DNA from: Eledone cirrhosa
Taxonomy: Eukaryota
Direction of reading: 5' to 3'
Length of the DNA stretch: 64,000 bases
Assembly (NCBI GenBank): GCA_964016885.1
Contig: OZ024740.1
Location: 249,612,001 to 249,676,000, forward strand
Part shown: positions 39,680-51,382 of the stretch, piece by piece
How the letters are laid out: each line of letters opens with the position of its first letter
Numbering within the stretch: the stretch's first letter is position 1
The notes under the pieces: generated by a model
Seen by the model: only the letters and a program-made list of their open reading frames with translations
The model's database searches: none
Told to the model about the DNA's origin: nothing
Position numbers and translations under genes: made by a program

Positions 39680-42445
39680 AAGATGAAGAATTTTTTCTTT
39701 TTTTTGTTTGTTTTTGGAAGAACATACTGTTTGCCACTTGTCATGTGTATCATCAGAGAGTGGCATGTCATCCTGACCGTCAAAGGCAAGCGCCCTCTCC
39801 CAGTTTTCACACTACAAAACTACAGGCACACACTCAGGGCAAGACCCATTCACACGGCACATTCTTGCCTTTCTCACCCACCATTCAACAAACTGGCTGG
39901 AAGTCAGCACTTCCCTCTCCACCCTGATTTTCCTTTTCAGGTGAAACCTGAAAAAGTTAATGAGGGTGTCACTGAAGAGGAAAGTGCCTGTCTTCAACCC
40001 TTTCAGATGTGACCAGCATACAATCTCTTTTACTATGGCCACCAGGTAGATAAAAACTGCCTGCCTTCTTGGTTAAAGGAGGGTGGTGGGGTAATCTTTA
40101 TGATGGACTCAGCTGATAGCCGGATCCATATTACACGCACTAGCAGATGTTCGACATAAACCCACAAGTCAGCGATGCTTGTACACTGGATGGTCTCATC
40201 GCCCTACGCGCACTTTAGACTGGCCCGGCTGATGGCACTTCTGTACCTGTAAAGTTTATCTCGAACTGGCAACACTCCTTGGTAACACTGCCAAGCCAAG
40301 AACTTGTGGAAGTTATCCATTGGCCTTGGACCGAAAGTCCTTCCAAAAAGAACAGCTAGTTGGCTTGCGTCGACACCCAGAGTTCCCCAAGGATGTCATC
40401 GTTCTTGCTCTCCACTAACCCTCTATAGAATGACAAGGTAGAGTTTCCACCAATCGCAGTGCTTGGTTGGCAAAGGGCAATAAGTGTTTGAAGACATTTC
40501 AGTTTTTAAGCGCTCCCTCTCGGTCTCCGCTTGACTCAGGATTGCAGCTCTGTCAAGGAGATGAGCTGGTGTAACACGTGCCCAGCTTAACATCTGCTCA
40601 CTGTTGAGGAAGATCAAGAGATGTCATAGCCTCAGTGCATGTCTGCTCATCATCAGCCACGGCATGCCCAGTCCTCCACGCAGCGGGTATTGACAGCAGA
40701 TGGACCGCCTGACCATCGGATCGCATCCCTTTCACAGAAAGCGAAAGAGCAAACACTCCAGTGCAGTCAGGCGAGGCTAGGACAAGGCACGACGGTCAGG
40801 CAGTAGTAGATGACGGATGTAATGTACATAATGTAAATGTGGGATGCCCCTTAACATCTCCAGTTTGTGCAGTAATGGCTCTAGAGTCAATACATACAAC
40901 AGGGATGAGAGGGGTAACCTTGGCAGACCGAGCACATGAAGTTGGACAGTTCTGAAAGGTGACCTTTCACTCTCACAACAGATGGTGGTGTGGGCATTGA
41001 TGTCTTCATTTTTTTTTTCTTCTCTATTTTTGAGAGCGAATGTAGGGAGCTCTTTTTTTTTTTTGCCCCGACAGTTTTCCAGCCTTCAACGTCATCATAC
41101 TCTTTGTCTGATTGTGTGATATTGGTCTTGGTGGTGCTGTTGGTGGTGGAGATGGTGTTTTTATTGTTGGTGCTGCCGGTGCTGATAGTTTTGCCGCCAT
41201 TGCAGCCTCAGATATTTTGGTCACTCTAGACATGGGACACGGGGTAGGGAGAAGAGAGGAGTACGTGCCTGCCTGGGTTAATTTGGAGCAGAAGGCTTTT
41301 AGGTGCATTTTATCTCCGCACTCGTGACAGCTTGGCCTTCTATCTTTGAAAGTCACAGGTAGGTGACTGTCTTAGGGGATGGCCTCTATATTTTCATGGT
41401 TGGATTGGACGATCAGCTCCATCCCCTAGCCTGACCAGTTCTCTTGTTTGATGCGCATGACGTTTAAGATAGTCGTTGTTTCTTCGATGTCAGCGAGGAC
41501 AGCCGCCATCAACCAAGCGATCTCCACTGAGGGCGGAACCTTGGACACTTGGACCCTCACAACATTTTGGCCACAGTATGTTGGCATATAGTTATTTCCT
41601 TGCTAGGGGGTGGCATAATGGAGTGTGCTCTGGCTTCTTCGGGTGTAGTGAAAAGAACATACACAGTGCCATACTTTGTCCCTCGGGCTATGTAATTTTT
41701 CTGTATTCAGACAGCACCCATAGCTCTTTGGACTTGCGACTTGGTTGCCCATTCCACCCGGCGTGATATGAGTCCACTTGTACAGTATGAGACCATACAC
41801 AGACGTCGGTTTTTCATGACGTTGGGTGGGTGAAACAGACCCTGTGTCTGCTCTTCTTGAATAATAGCTTGGCCTGCCTCATCTCCCTGTCATTGACATG
41901 AATTTTTTCTATATTTTTGGCAGCCTTCATGAAGGATATTGTCACTTGGACGGCTCTTGCCTGCTGTTGGGGCTCGTCATTTCTGTTGTTGCTGCTGTTG
42001 CTGTTACTGTTGCCATTGTTGTTGCTGCTGCAGCTGCTGTTGCTGCATGGTGCTGATGTTGTTGCTAGTGGTGTGGCAGTGGGGGTGGTGGTAGTAGTGT
42101 CTGTTTGTAGTTGGTGTGGTGATTGTGGTGGTGGTGGCATAATTTGCTTTCGTGTCAATGTCCAACCTACTGAAAAGTTGTACACTCTTTTTGTGTGTCC
42201 TGCTTTGGCATGTGGAAGTGGAGGGGCGTTCTACATCCTTATTTTTTTAGGAAATTAAAATAAATTTTGTGTTTTGCAAATAGGAAAATACAATATTTGG
42301 GCCTAAGGCCCAAATATTGTGGGGTCACCGTCCTTGAGGGTCAAGTCAAGCACCCCATAAACAATCAGTGAGAAGAAAATTGGCAAAAAAGCCGATAAAA
42401 ACAAGTGAAAAAAACAAAACTTACACAAACTGAGATGAACACGTC
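39680..42445 (-). mobile_element. L1/Tx1-like LINE, internally deleted (ORF1 zinc knuckle + ORF2 C-terminus)
   Basis: RRPSCHECGDKMHLKAFC CCHC knuckle (41024-41356); FFRFHLKRKIRVER (39812-40042) homologous to 36545-36733. Confidence 0.75.
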
Positions 42446-42664
42446 AGAAGCAGGTGACAACAACAACAACGATAATAATAATATTAATAAAAGAAAATGT
42501 TTACAAATTGAAGAAAAACCCTCTGCATCCACTAACTACAAGAGCCAAATAACGGCAAAATGCCAATCCCAGCATAACAATAATAATTATTGTTGTATCT
42601 CATAAGTTCTCTCAAAATGTTTAGTTCAAATATTAAGGAAGGATGTCAACTTGTATGTTAAATA

Positions 42665-43010
42665 CTAGCTGAGGTACCGGCTTTGCCCGGGAGAACAGTT
42701 AAGAGAAGACGGATATAAGAGAAAATGACCTGTATTGGAGGTGTTGTCTGGTTTATAGTATGAGGTCAGACCGTATTGTGTGTGTGTGTGTGTGTGTGTG
42801 AGAAAGAGAGAGAGAGAGACAAAGAAAACAATAATAAAACTTCCTTATTAGGCTGGGGGAGTAAACTGCCAATTAAATGGTAGCATTGGCCTTGGATTTT
42901 AAATGTTGCGAAATAACCATAGATCTTTATCAGCTCCAAAGGATGTCATCTGAAATACATCAATAAACCACATAACATTGCTTCTGAAGTGGTTAGCTTC
43001 GTTAGTACAG
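42665..43010 (-). mobile_element. Non-autonomous Helitron-like 3' portion
   Basis: Minus strand CCCGGGCAAAGCCGGTACCTCAGCTAG|T hairpin + CTAG terminus. Confidence 0.55.
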
Positions 43011-43013
43011 TCT

Positions 43014-45045
43014 CATCATCATCATCATCATCACCGTTTTACGTCCGTTCTTCCACGCTAGCATGGTTTAGACGGGTTGTCCTGTTGTGGGCAGTGTCTG
43101 GTCGGCTGACCATGCCTTGCTCATACAGGAACTGATTTGGCTTGATTTCTACAGCTGGATGCCCTTCCTAACACCAACCTCATTTACAGTGAGTGCTGGG
43201 TGCTTTTTCGTGGCACCTACACGTCCACTTTACAGTGTGGGCTGGGTGCTTTTTTGCCGTGGCACCTCCACGACCACCTTGCGGTGGGAGGTGTGGGGGC
43301 ATCTTGTCTATATGCTTCAGCTTGTACCCATGGGAGGCCGGGTACTCTGTATTACTGCGTGACGCCAGAAGTCACGGTCGTGTGTCATTGCCTTTGAGAG
43401 GTGTAATTGGGTAAGGTCGGCTTTTATCACCTCATCCCAGGTCATCTTGGGTCTCCCCACTCCTCGGTTTCCATCAACTTCTAGTGCTCTGCACCTTTTT
43501 ATGCAGCTGTCATCCTTCATACGCATCACATCTCCATACCAACGCAACTGCCTCTCCTGCACACAGCATTTGATTCCTCTTATGCTCAGTCTCTCTCTCA
43601 ATTCGTTTATGCTTTGTCGTTCGCGTATATTACTATTACACATCCATTGGAGCATGCAGGCTTCGTTTCTCTCTAATCTACGTAAGTCTTCCACCTTCAG
43701 CGCCCAGGTCTCACTACCATGTAACATTGCTGTTCGGATACACGCATCATACAGTCTGCCTTTCATTTTGAGGGAGAAGCCTTTTGCAGCTAGCAGTGGT
43801 AATAGTTCCCTGAACTTCTTCCATCCCGTTCTTACCCTAGTTATTGTACTTTCTGAACACCCACCTCCGCTGCTAATTCGGTCACCTAGGTAGCAGAAGC
43901 TGTCTACTGTCTCTACAGAGCCCTCCCAGAGATTGGTGGTACTTGTTTCCTGTGGCTGTTTGCTGCTTGCTGTCCCAGTACAGCTGTTGCATGTGAAGCC
44001 TACATTCTTAATTAAGCTTCCTGAGATCCCGCTACATCTCTTGTGTACCCATTGTTTGCATTTGGGGCAGAGAATAGAGTTCCTACATACTGAGCAAGGC
44101 CATTTCCCTGAGCGGATCTGGGTTCTGTTTTCTCGTCTACTTACAAGGACCTTAGTCTTTGTCATGTTGACTTTGAGACCCTTTCTTTCTAGTCCCTGCT
44201 TCCAAGTTTGGAATTTATTCTCTAGTTCTACCATAGATTCAGCTATAAGTGCGAGGTCATCAGCATACAGGAGTTCCCATGGGCATCCGGTCTTAAACTC
44301 CTCTGTTATTGCCTGCAGGACTGTGATGAACAGGAGAGGGCTAAGAACAGAGCCCTGGTGGACCCCAACCTGTACGCTAAATTCCTCGCTATTCTCATTG
44401 CTAATCCTAACTTTGCTGACTGCTCCCCTATACATGGCTTGTACAGCTTTCACAAGCCATTCATCTACTCCTAGTTTTCTAAGAGCCCACCAGATTACAA
44501 CACGTGGAACTCTGTCAAAGGGTTTCTCGAGATCGACGAATGCCAGGTAGAGTGGCTTACTTTTAGCTAGGTACTTTTCCTGTAACTGCCTCACAAGGAA
44601 GAGGGCATCAGTGGTGCCTCTTCCTGGTACAAACCCAAATTGCATCTCATCTAGTTTCACCCGGTCCCTAATCAACTGTGCTATAACTCTTTCTGTTACT
44701 TTCATGACCTGGTCCATCAGCTTTATACCTCTATAGTTTCCTATATCGAGTGCATCACCTTTACCTTTGTAGCAGTTGACAATGATGCTACTGCACCAAT
44801 CTTTTGGTATGACACCTAGTATTACCTGGTTAACGATACATGTGGTTATGGTGTGACCTACCGACCCAGATGCCTTCAGCATCTCGGCAGCTATACCCGA
44901 TGGACCGGTTGCCTTCCCCATCTTCATATCTTTGATTGCCTTACTTACTACGCTGCTGCTGACTTGTACTGCTGGCGGCCCCTCTATAGGATCTACTTGG
45001 GGTAGGGTCTCTTCTTCCCATGCATTCTCCTCATTTAGTAATCTG
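43014..45045 (-). mobile_element. RTE-clade LINE, least-degraded copy, 5'-truncated
   Basis: (GAT)n tail, 3' UTR with 48-bp units, open RT ORF. Confidence 0.95.
43317..44927 (-). CDS. RTE reverse transcriptase (536-aa open frame, N-terminally incomplete) with internal PHD-like finger
   Basis: KATGPSG, YRGIKL, FVDLEKPFD, GVHQGSVLSPLLF, YADD, FCYLG, QLRWYGDVMR motifs. Confidence 0.93.
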   Translation of the reverse strand: MKMGKATGPSGIAAEMLKASGSVGHTITTCIVNQVILGVIPKDWCSSIIVNCYKGKGDALDIGNYRGIKLMDQVMKVTERVIAQLIRDRVKLDEMQFGFVPGRGTTDALFLVRQLQEKYLAKSKPLYLAFVDLEKPFDRVPRVVIWWALRKLGVDEWLVKAVQAMYRGAVSKVRISNENSEEFSVQVGVHQGSVLSPLLFITVLQAITEEFKTGCPWELLYADDLALIAESMVELENKFQTWKQGLERKGLKVNMTKTKVLVSRRENRTQIRSGKWPCSVCRNSILCPKCKQWVHKRCSGISGSLIKNVGFTCNSCTGTASSKQPQETSTTNLWEGSVETVDSFCYLGDRISSGGGCSESTITRVRTGWKKFRELLPLLAAKGFSLKMKGRLYDACIRTAMLHGSETWALKVEDLRRLERNEACMLQWMCNSNIRERQSINELRERLSIRGIKCCVQERQLRWYGDVMRMKDDSCIKRCRALEVDGNRGVGRPKMTWDEVIKADLTQLHLSKAMTHDRDFWRHAVIQSTRPPMGTS

Positions 45046-45541
45046 TGAGCAATATATGGATAAAAGCTGTAGGGTCCTCTATCAGTGGAAGTCTGAATTT
45101 CCTCCTAAGCTACACATGCCAAGTGTAATATCCATGCTACCAATTGCGACTTTAGGATCATTTCTATAATTCTTCGATGGATCATATGAAAACGCAGCTC
45201 TTAACTAGTCTATTCTACCTCGAAGAGTCCTTTGTGCTCGTCGAGTTTGCATCGCAACTCTCATTGCCTCTTGGTGATTTTCATATTGAACCTCTGTTTA
45301 TTGCGATAGTCTTTATTCTTGCTTTAATCTTTCTGTTCCCTGTCTCAGATTCTGTACACTTTCAGAAAGTTGAGATCGTCTTTCTTGTTGTCTTAACCTT
45401 TCTGTTTCCTGTCTCATATTCTGAATTAGGTCAATAATAACATGACACTATCCTCAAAAAACTAAATCAATATACACCATAGATTAATTTCAAATGATAT
45501 CAATTTTTTATGTGTTCTGTAAACTCAAAGACTGGTGTAAA

Positions 45542-45741
45542 NNNNNNNNNNNNNNNNNNNNNNNNNNNNNNNNNNNNNNNNNNNNNNNNNNNNNNNNNNN
45601 NNNNNNNNNNNNNNNNNNNNNNNNNNNNNNNNNNNNNNNNNNNNNNNNNNNNNNNNNNNNNNNNNNNNNNNNNNNNNNNNNNNNNNNNNNNNNNNNNNNN
45701 NNNNNNNNNNNNNNNNNNNNNNNNNNNNNNNNNNNNNNNNN
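45542..45741. other. Assembly gap (200 N)
   Basis: Run of N. Confidence 1.
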
Positions 45742-46089
45742 GATGAACTCAGTATTTGTCGAATACTTACTGTTGCTGAATGGTCGTGTTGAGAAATGTA
45801 ATGTATTTTCACTTCATTTTCTTGTCTCTCTAACATTCTAGGTCCATTTACCTATCAGTATTTATATTAAACTTCTCGTTTAACTTCTCATAATTATGGT
45901 CGAATACGTAGGACCTTAGAAAAATTAATCTGCTCGTTAACTTTCCCATTTCCCTCCCCCCCCCCCGCCCCCACACGCCACCATTACTATTTGGTCCAAT
46001 CATAATTCAGCAGCTTATAATATGTTTCTCTTACAAATCTCTTTCACAAAACCACTGCCTCGGCTATTACTCCTTAAGTTTAGACCGGG

Positions 46090-47425
46090 TTGCTTTCCGA
46101 TATGCTAGATGGACTACAGGATTTGGAGTCTGAAGAAAGTGAACATTCAATGTCAATGTCAAAGATAAAGATAAATTCACCTCCTGTTGCCAGACGAGAA
46201 TGCAAGGACTCCTCTTTATTTCGGCCGCGGATGGCTAACATAACCCCCTCCCCCTCACCCCTCCCTGTGCCTCCAACCCATCCCTTCCACCCATCCAACG
46301 AAATCCCAAACTTCAGAGTTGGTACCATGAACGTAGGCACCTTAAAAGGTCGCTCAAATGAGGTTGTAGAGATGCTTGAATGTAAGGAAGTTGATGTTTG
46401 TTGTATTCAAGAGACTAGGTGGAGGGGTGGGTCTGCTAGATTCATTGTGGATAAAAAACGATGCTATAAACTTTTCTGGGTGGGAAATGACAATGGGCTG
46501 GGTGGAGTAGGAATCATGTTTGCAGAAAAATGGGTAGATAAGGTAATTGCCATAAATAGAGTGAACAACAGAATAAATAAAATAAGACTAGTCCTAAACA
46601 GAACTACTGTGACAATAATGTCCGCTTATGCACCCCAATCTGGACTACCTGGCGTTATAACAGACAGATTCTATGAGTCGCTAATGCTCACTACCTCCCA
46701 ACTAACCGACAGTGACTACATAATTATTGCTGGCGACCTAAATGGTCATGTTGGACAACATTGTGATGGCTATGACGGAATCCATGGAGGCTATGGGTTT
46801 GGTAATAGAAATGAGGAAGGCTTCAGAATCCTGGAATTCTGTGACACTAATAACCTAACTATCTGTAACACAAACTTCAAAAAACGAGACAATCACTTGA
46901 TCACCTATAGATCAGGGGAACACGCCAGTCAGATAGATTATATCCTTACCAGAAGACTTGATAGAGTGTCTGTCGTAAACACTAAATCCCTCCCCCATGA
47001 AGAATGCACCTCCCAACATAGCCTTATAGTTAGTGACCTCATAGTCAGGACTTGACGTACTCGACAACAGAGGAGGACTACACTGAGGAGAAAAATATGG
47101 AAGTTAAAGGACCCCACAGCCAGTAACAAATTTAAAAGCATATTACTTGATGCTTTTGACAGTAAGGAAGAGAAATTAGAGACATACAATATAGAGGAAC
47201 AGTGGGAATTCCTGAAAGTTAACCTGCTGAAGGCGAGGGATGAAATCTATTGGCAGGAGGAGAGTAATTTGGTGGTGGAACAGTAAGGTGAAGGAGACAA
47301 TCAAGGCCAAAAAGCAGGCTTGGAAAGTATGGCGGGATGGGGGAAGTAGAGAACACTATCAAATGGCCAGGAGAGAAGCTAGGAGACAAGTGTACTTTGC
47401 AAGAAGGATAGCAGGGGAAAGATTC
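46090..47425 (+). pseudogene. RTE 5' part: apurinic endonuclease (ORF 46090-47055) and broken linker
   Basis: GTMNVGTL, CIQETRW, SAYAPQ, AGDLNGHVG, SQIDYIL, SQH motifs; premature TGA at 47053. Confidence 0.93.
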
Positions 47426-47769
47426 TACTACTGTCATTCTTTCTACTTGACCTCTAACTCTTTTCTATTGGTCAATTCAAAACCTGTTCCCAAACAGACT
47501 TTTTATTTTAATACTTTCAATAAACAAACTTCATCATTTCTGAAGATGGCATGTATATGTGTAAGTATGTATATTTTCTCTGATAATTTGTAATTTTTTT
47601 ATTTCATTGTTTTTATTAATTTATCTTGACTCTGTTTTCCTATGATTTTTATCGTTGATTTTTGAATGTATTTTCTCTCTTCATGATATCTTCTATATTT
47701 GGATTACATTGAGTTCTTCATACAGATTGGACACTATCGTTTTATTTTGGTAGATTTATCTATATATAT

Positions 47770-47800
<31 letters not shown>

Positions 47801-48512
47801 CACAGTTAGGGAAGCAGAAAATTGCTTTTTGTGATCCAGTTCGTGGTTAAGAAAGCCAGTTTCGTGGATGGTTTCAACGTACGGTTAGGGGTAACTCCAC
47901 AAGTTTGTAAGAATTCTGTTCAATCTTGGAGTATAAAGTATAAAAGAGAAAACACAGGTAAGCATTAAGAGAAGGATTTTATCCAGGTATTTACGACCGT
48001 TTCATTGGTAAGTGCAACCTTATGATAAAATCCTTCTCTTAATGCTTACCTGTGTTTTCTCTTTTATATATAGACATATTCAGTAATCCCATCAACACCA
48101 TCTTTCTGTCCACTTTCTTTCATCCATTGGCTGTATTCTTTCATGCATCACCTGTCATCACCCAAAGTTGTTCACCAGTTATTACTACCTTACCATTCTC
48201 ACACCACCAATTTCCCACACATATATATATACACACGCTCACACCCACACACACATACACACACACACACATATATATATGTACACACATACCTACACAT
48301 ACATAAAGAGATATACATATACACATATATATACATATCAACACACACACACACATACACCTATATACATGTATATACACACACACACATATATATGGAG
48401 ACGCCCCCCCCCCCCATATATATATAAGTAAAAAAATAAAAAATACAAAAACCTATATATACATACATAAGCACACACACATGTATACACACCCACACAT
48501 ATACATATATAT

Positions 48513-48563
<51 letters not shown>

Positions 48564-48570
<7 letters not shown>

Positions 48571-49085
48571 ACTAGAAATTGATTAACATATAAATAAACA
48601 TGAATAATCACAGGAGATAATTTTTACAAGTGTGTAAGCACACATAGCTAGGTAGGTAACTAAATAAAGTTAACCAGAACTTCAAAAATAGATACCTTAT
48701 AATATGATTAATCTTCCCTGTATATATTCCATTAAAGAAATATATTTCACCAATTAATCGAATGGTAAACCATGGAGGCCGGTACTTGGATTTTCAACAA
48801 GGAAGAAGTCCAGCGATCTATGTTTACACTTCAAGTTCAAATCAGCGACTGGCCAGCAACACGTGCTGTATCTATCAGAAATACACACATCATACCAGCT
48901 TCGTCACAGTGGCGTGAATAGGGTTATCGACAACTAGAAACAGCAGTCAAATCCTATATATTTTTGAAGTTCTGGTTAACTTTATTTAGTTACCTACCTA
49001 GCTATGTGTGCTTACACACTTGTAAAAATTATCTCCTGTGATTATTCATGTTTATTTATATGTTAATCAATTTCTAGTTATTATA
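48564..49085. repeat. 127-bp inverted repeat with ~270-bp spacer beside (TA)n
   Basis: Arms 48564-48690 and 48959-49085 are reverse complements. Confidence 0.9.
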
Positions 49086-49193
49086 AAATGCTCGGACCTA
49101 TTCGTTAGAATCTTAGAGCTTATTTTGCGGGTGATATGGCGCATGTCTTTCTGGCATGACACCCATAATTTTGATTATCTTAATTTTGGATAT

Positions 49194-49260
<67 letters not shown>

Positions 49261-49442
49261 CATACATATATATACATGTACATACATACACACCTACACA
49301 TACATATATATACACACACACATATATGCATATATATAAATATATATATATATACACATACATATATTCATATACACATATGCACTCAACTGTCTCTATG
49401 AGTATAAATAACAGTGGGTACCACAAAAATTCAAAACATACA

Positions 49443-49520
49443 GTGAAAATAAAGTAAAATAAAATAAAATAAAATAAAATAAAATAAAATAAAATAAAAT
49501 AAAATAAAATAAAATAAAAT
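49443..49520. repeat. (AAAAT)n microsatellite
   Basis: Direct reading. Confidence 0.95.
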
Positions 49521-49639
49521 ATATGCAATCGTATGATGTCACATTCTATATATGTGTGTCCTTCCCCTCACTCGGGTCTGTACTCACGAATGGAACGAAT
49601 AATCAAAATCAAAATCAGAAAACAAAAAAAAGCAGGTAT

Positions 49640-50267
49640 CTGGTAAAATACTATGCTGTTATATCAGTAAACGAATAAAACGTTGTTAACAGCACACAGG
49701 TACACAAACAAACAGGGTTCAACTTTCAGGGTGACATACTTCAGACAATAAACCCTGATATTGATACTACTACATATTCTCATATATTCTGTTATTATGT
49801 GGTCCCCAATCCGGGGTGTAATTACCGGTTGTTCCTCCACGGGGTTTACTCTATAATTATCCAGGAATTCCAGTGCAGAAAATGTGCAGTTCTGTTGATG
49901 CCTGCATGTCATGATAACCTCAGATTTCAGGTTGACCACATTATCCTTTAATCTGACTATCTCCATGGCTTCAGTCAGACACAGTCTCTCACTGGTGGAG
50001 TATGGATCTGCATGCTGAATAACACTCCAGTTGAGTTTGTGTGCCACTATCTTTCCCACCCCAGATTAAGTCTGCCAGTCTAGTGGAGTGTCTCTTAACC
50101 TGGTCCTTGAAATAATTCGTATGGTTGTACATCCTCAACTTAAAAGTCGTGGATGTTGTACTGATGTAGATGTGCTTTGTGTTGTGTGTGTCAACCACAC
50201 ATTTACACACATTGCCTTTCATTAGACAGTTCCCTGTAGTGGGCATTGTGTACTATTGTGGCAGCAT
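49640..50267 (-). mobile_element. Penelope-like (Naiad-type) GIY-YIG fragment
   Basis: YISTTSTTFKLRMYNH...TRLADLIW; LCLTEAMEI...VNLKSEVIMTCRH. Confidence 0.85.
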
Positions 50268-50446
50268 ATATATACTTATATATATATATATGTGTGTGTG
50301 TTTTTATTTTTTTTTAAGCTGTAAATTATAATCAATGTGTTAACTGTCTTACCAATGTGTACAGTGAGTTTATTTGCCCTGGGTGTCAAGAAGACATTCA
50401 GCATATATCGGAAACAATACTGAAAGAAAAGGAAAAACAATGATAA

Positions 50447-50837
50447 TAATTGTTTCTACTTTTGGCACAAGGCCAGCAATTACCCAGTACATTACTGGTA
50501 CTTTATTTTATCGACCCCGTAAGGATGAAAGGCAAAGTTAACCCCGGCAGGATTCGAACCCAGTCCGTAAAGGGACGTAACTCTGTGCTGCACAACATGG
50601 CGTCTGACCCTTTACCGACACTGCCAATCTACCGATACTGCCAAACAATGATAATAATTGTTTCTACTTTTGGCATAAGGCCAGCAATTACCCAGTGCAT
50701 TACTGGTACTTTATTTTATCGACCCTGTAAGGATGAAAGGCAAAGTTAACCTCGGCGGGTTTTGAACTCAGAATATCAAGGGCCGTAACACTATGCATCA
50801 AAGCATGGCGTCTGACGCTCTACTGATACTGCCAATT
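50447..50837 (-). mobile_element. Two tandem SINE family B copies (50447-50628, 50655-50837)
   Basis: Each has A/B boxes and the central motif. Confidence 0.9.
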
Positions 50838-51382
50838 CAATAATAAAATAGGCCTGGGCTGAATAACATCATGGATGCCTATAATGAAACTCCCCACAAG
50901 ATTTGAAATAAATCAGACACCATCAACAAAACAATAATAAATATACTAAAAATACTAAAAAAACGATACCAAAAATATATTGTATACACGGATTCTCCTT
51001 ATTACATAATTTTCTTTATTAAAATTGCGACCATGTGAGGAGAGAGCAACAAGTTGAAAATTAGCAACAATAATACACAGAGAGTTTGAAATCAAAACAA
51101 AAAGTATATCGAAACACGCTTTAAAAGAAGAGGTAACAAAAAGATACAAATAGACTAACATCGTCAAAATGAAATTTTGAACATCAACATCTACATCAAA
51201 ATGATAAAAATAAAACAACAACAACAACATCAACATTAACAGCTAGAATGACACCCATGTCCCCCAGCAACAGTGGAACTCTCCCTCCCTCTCCAGAAAA
51301 AGCCCCTGCACCACCGCACAGCCAACAACAACAACAGCAGCAAAGGCAACATTAACAATGGCCACAAGTATATTATAATAAC

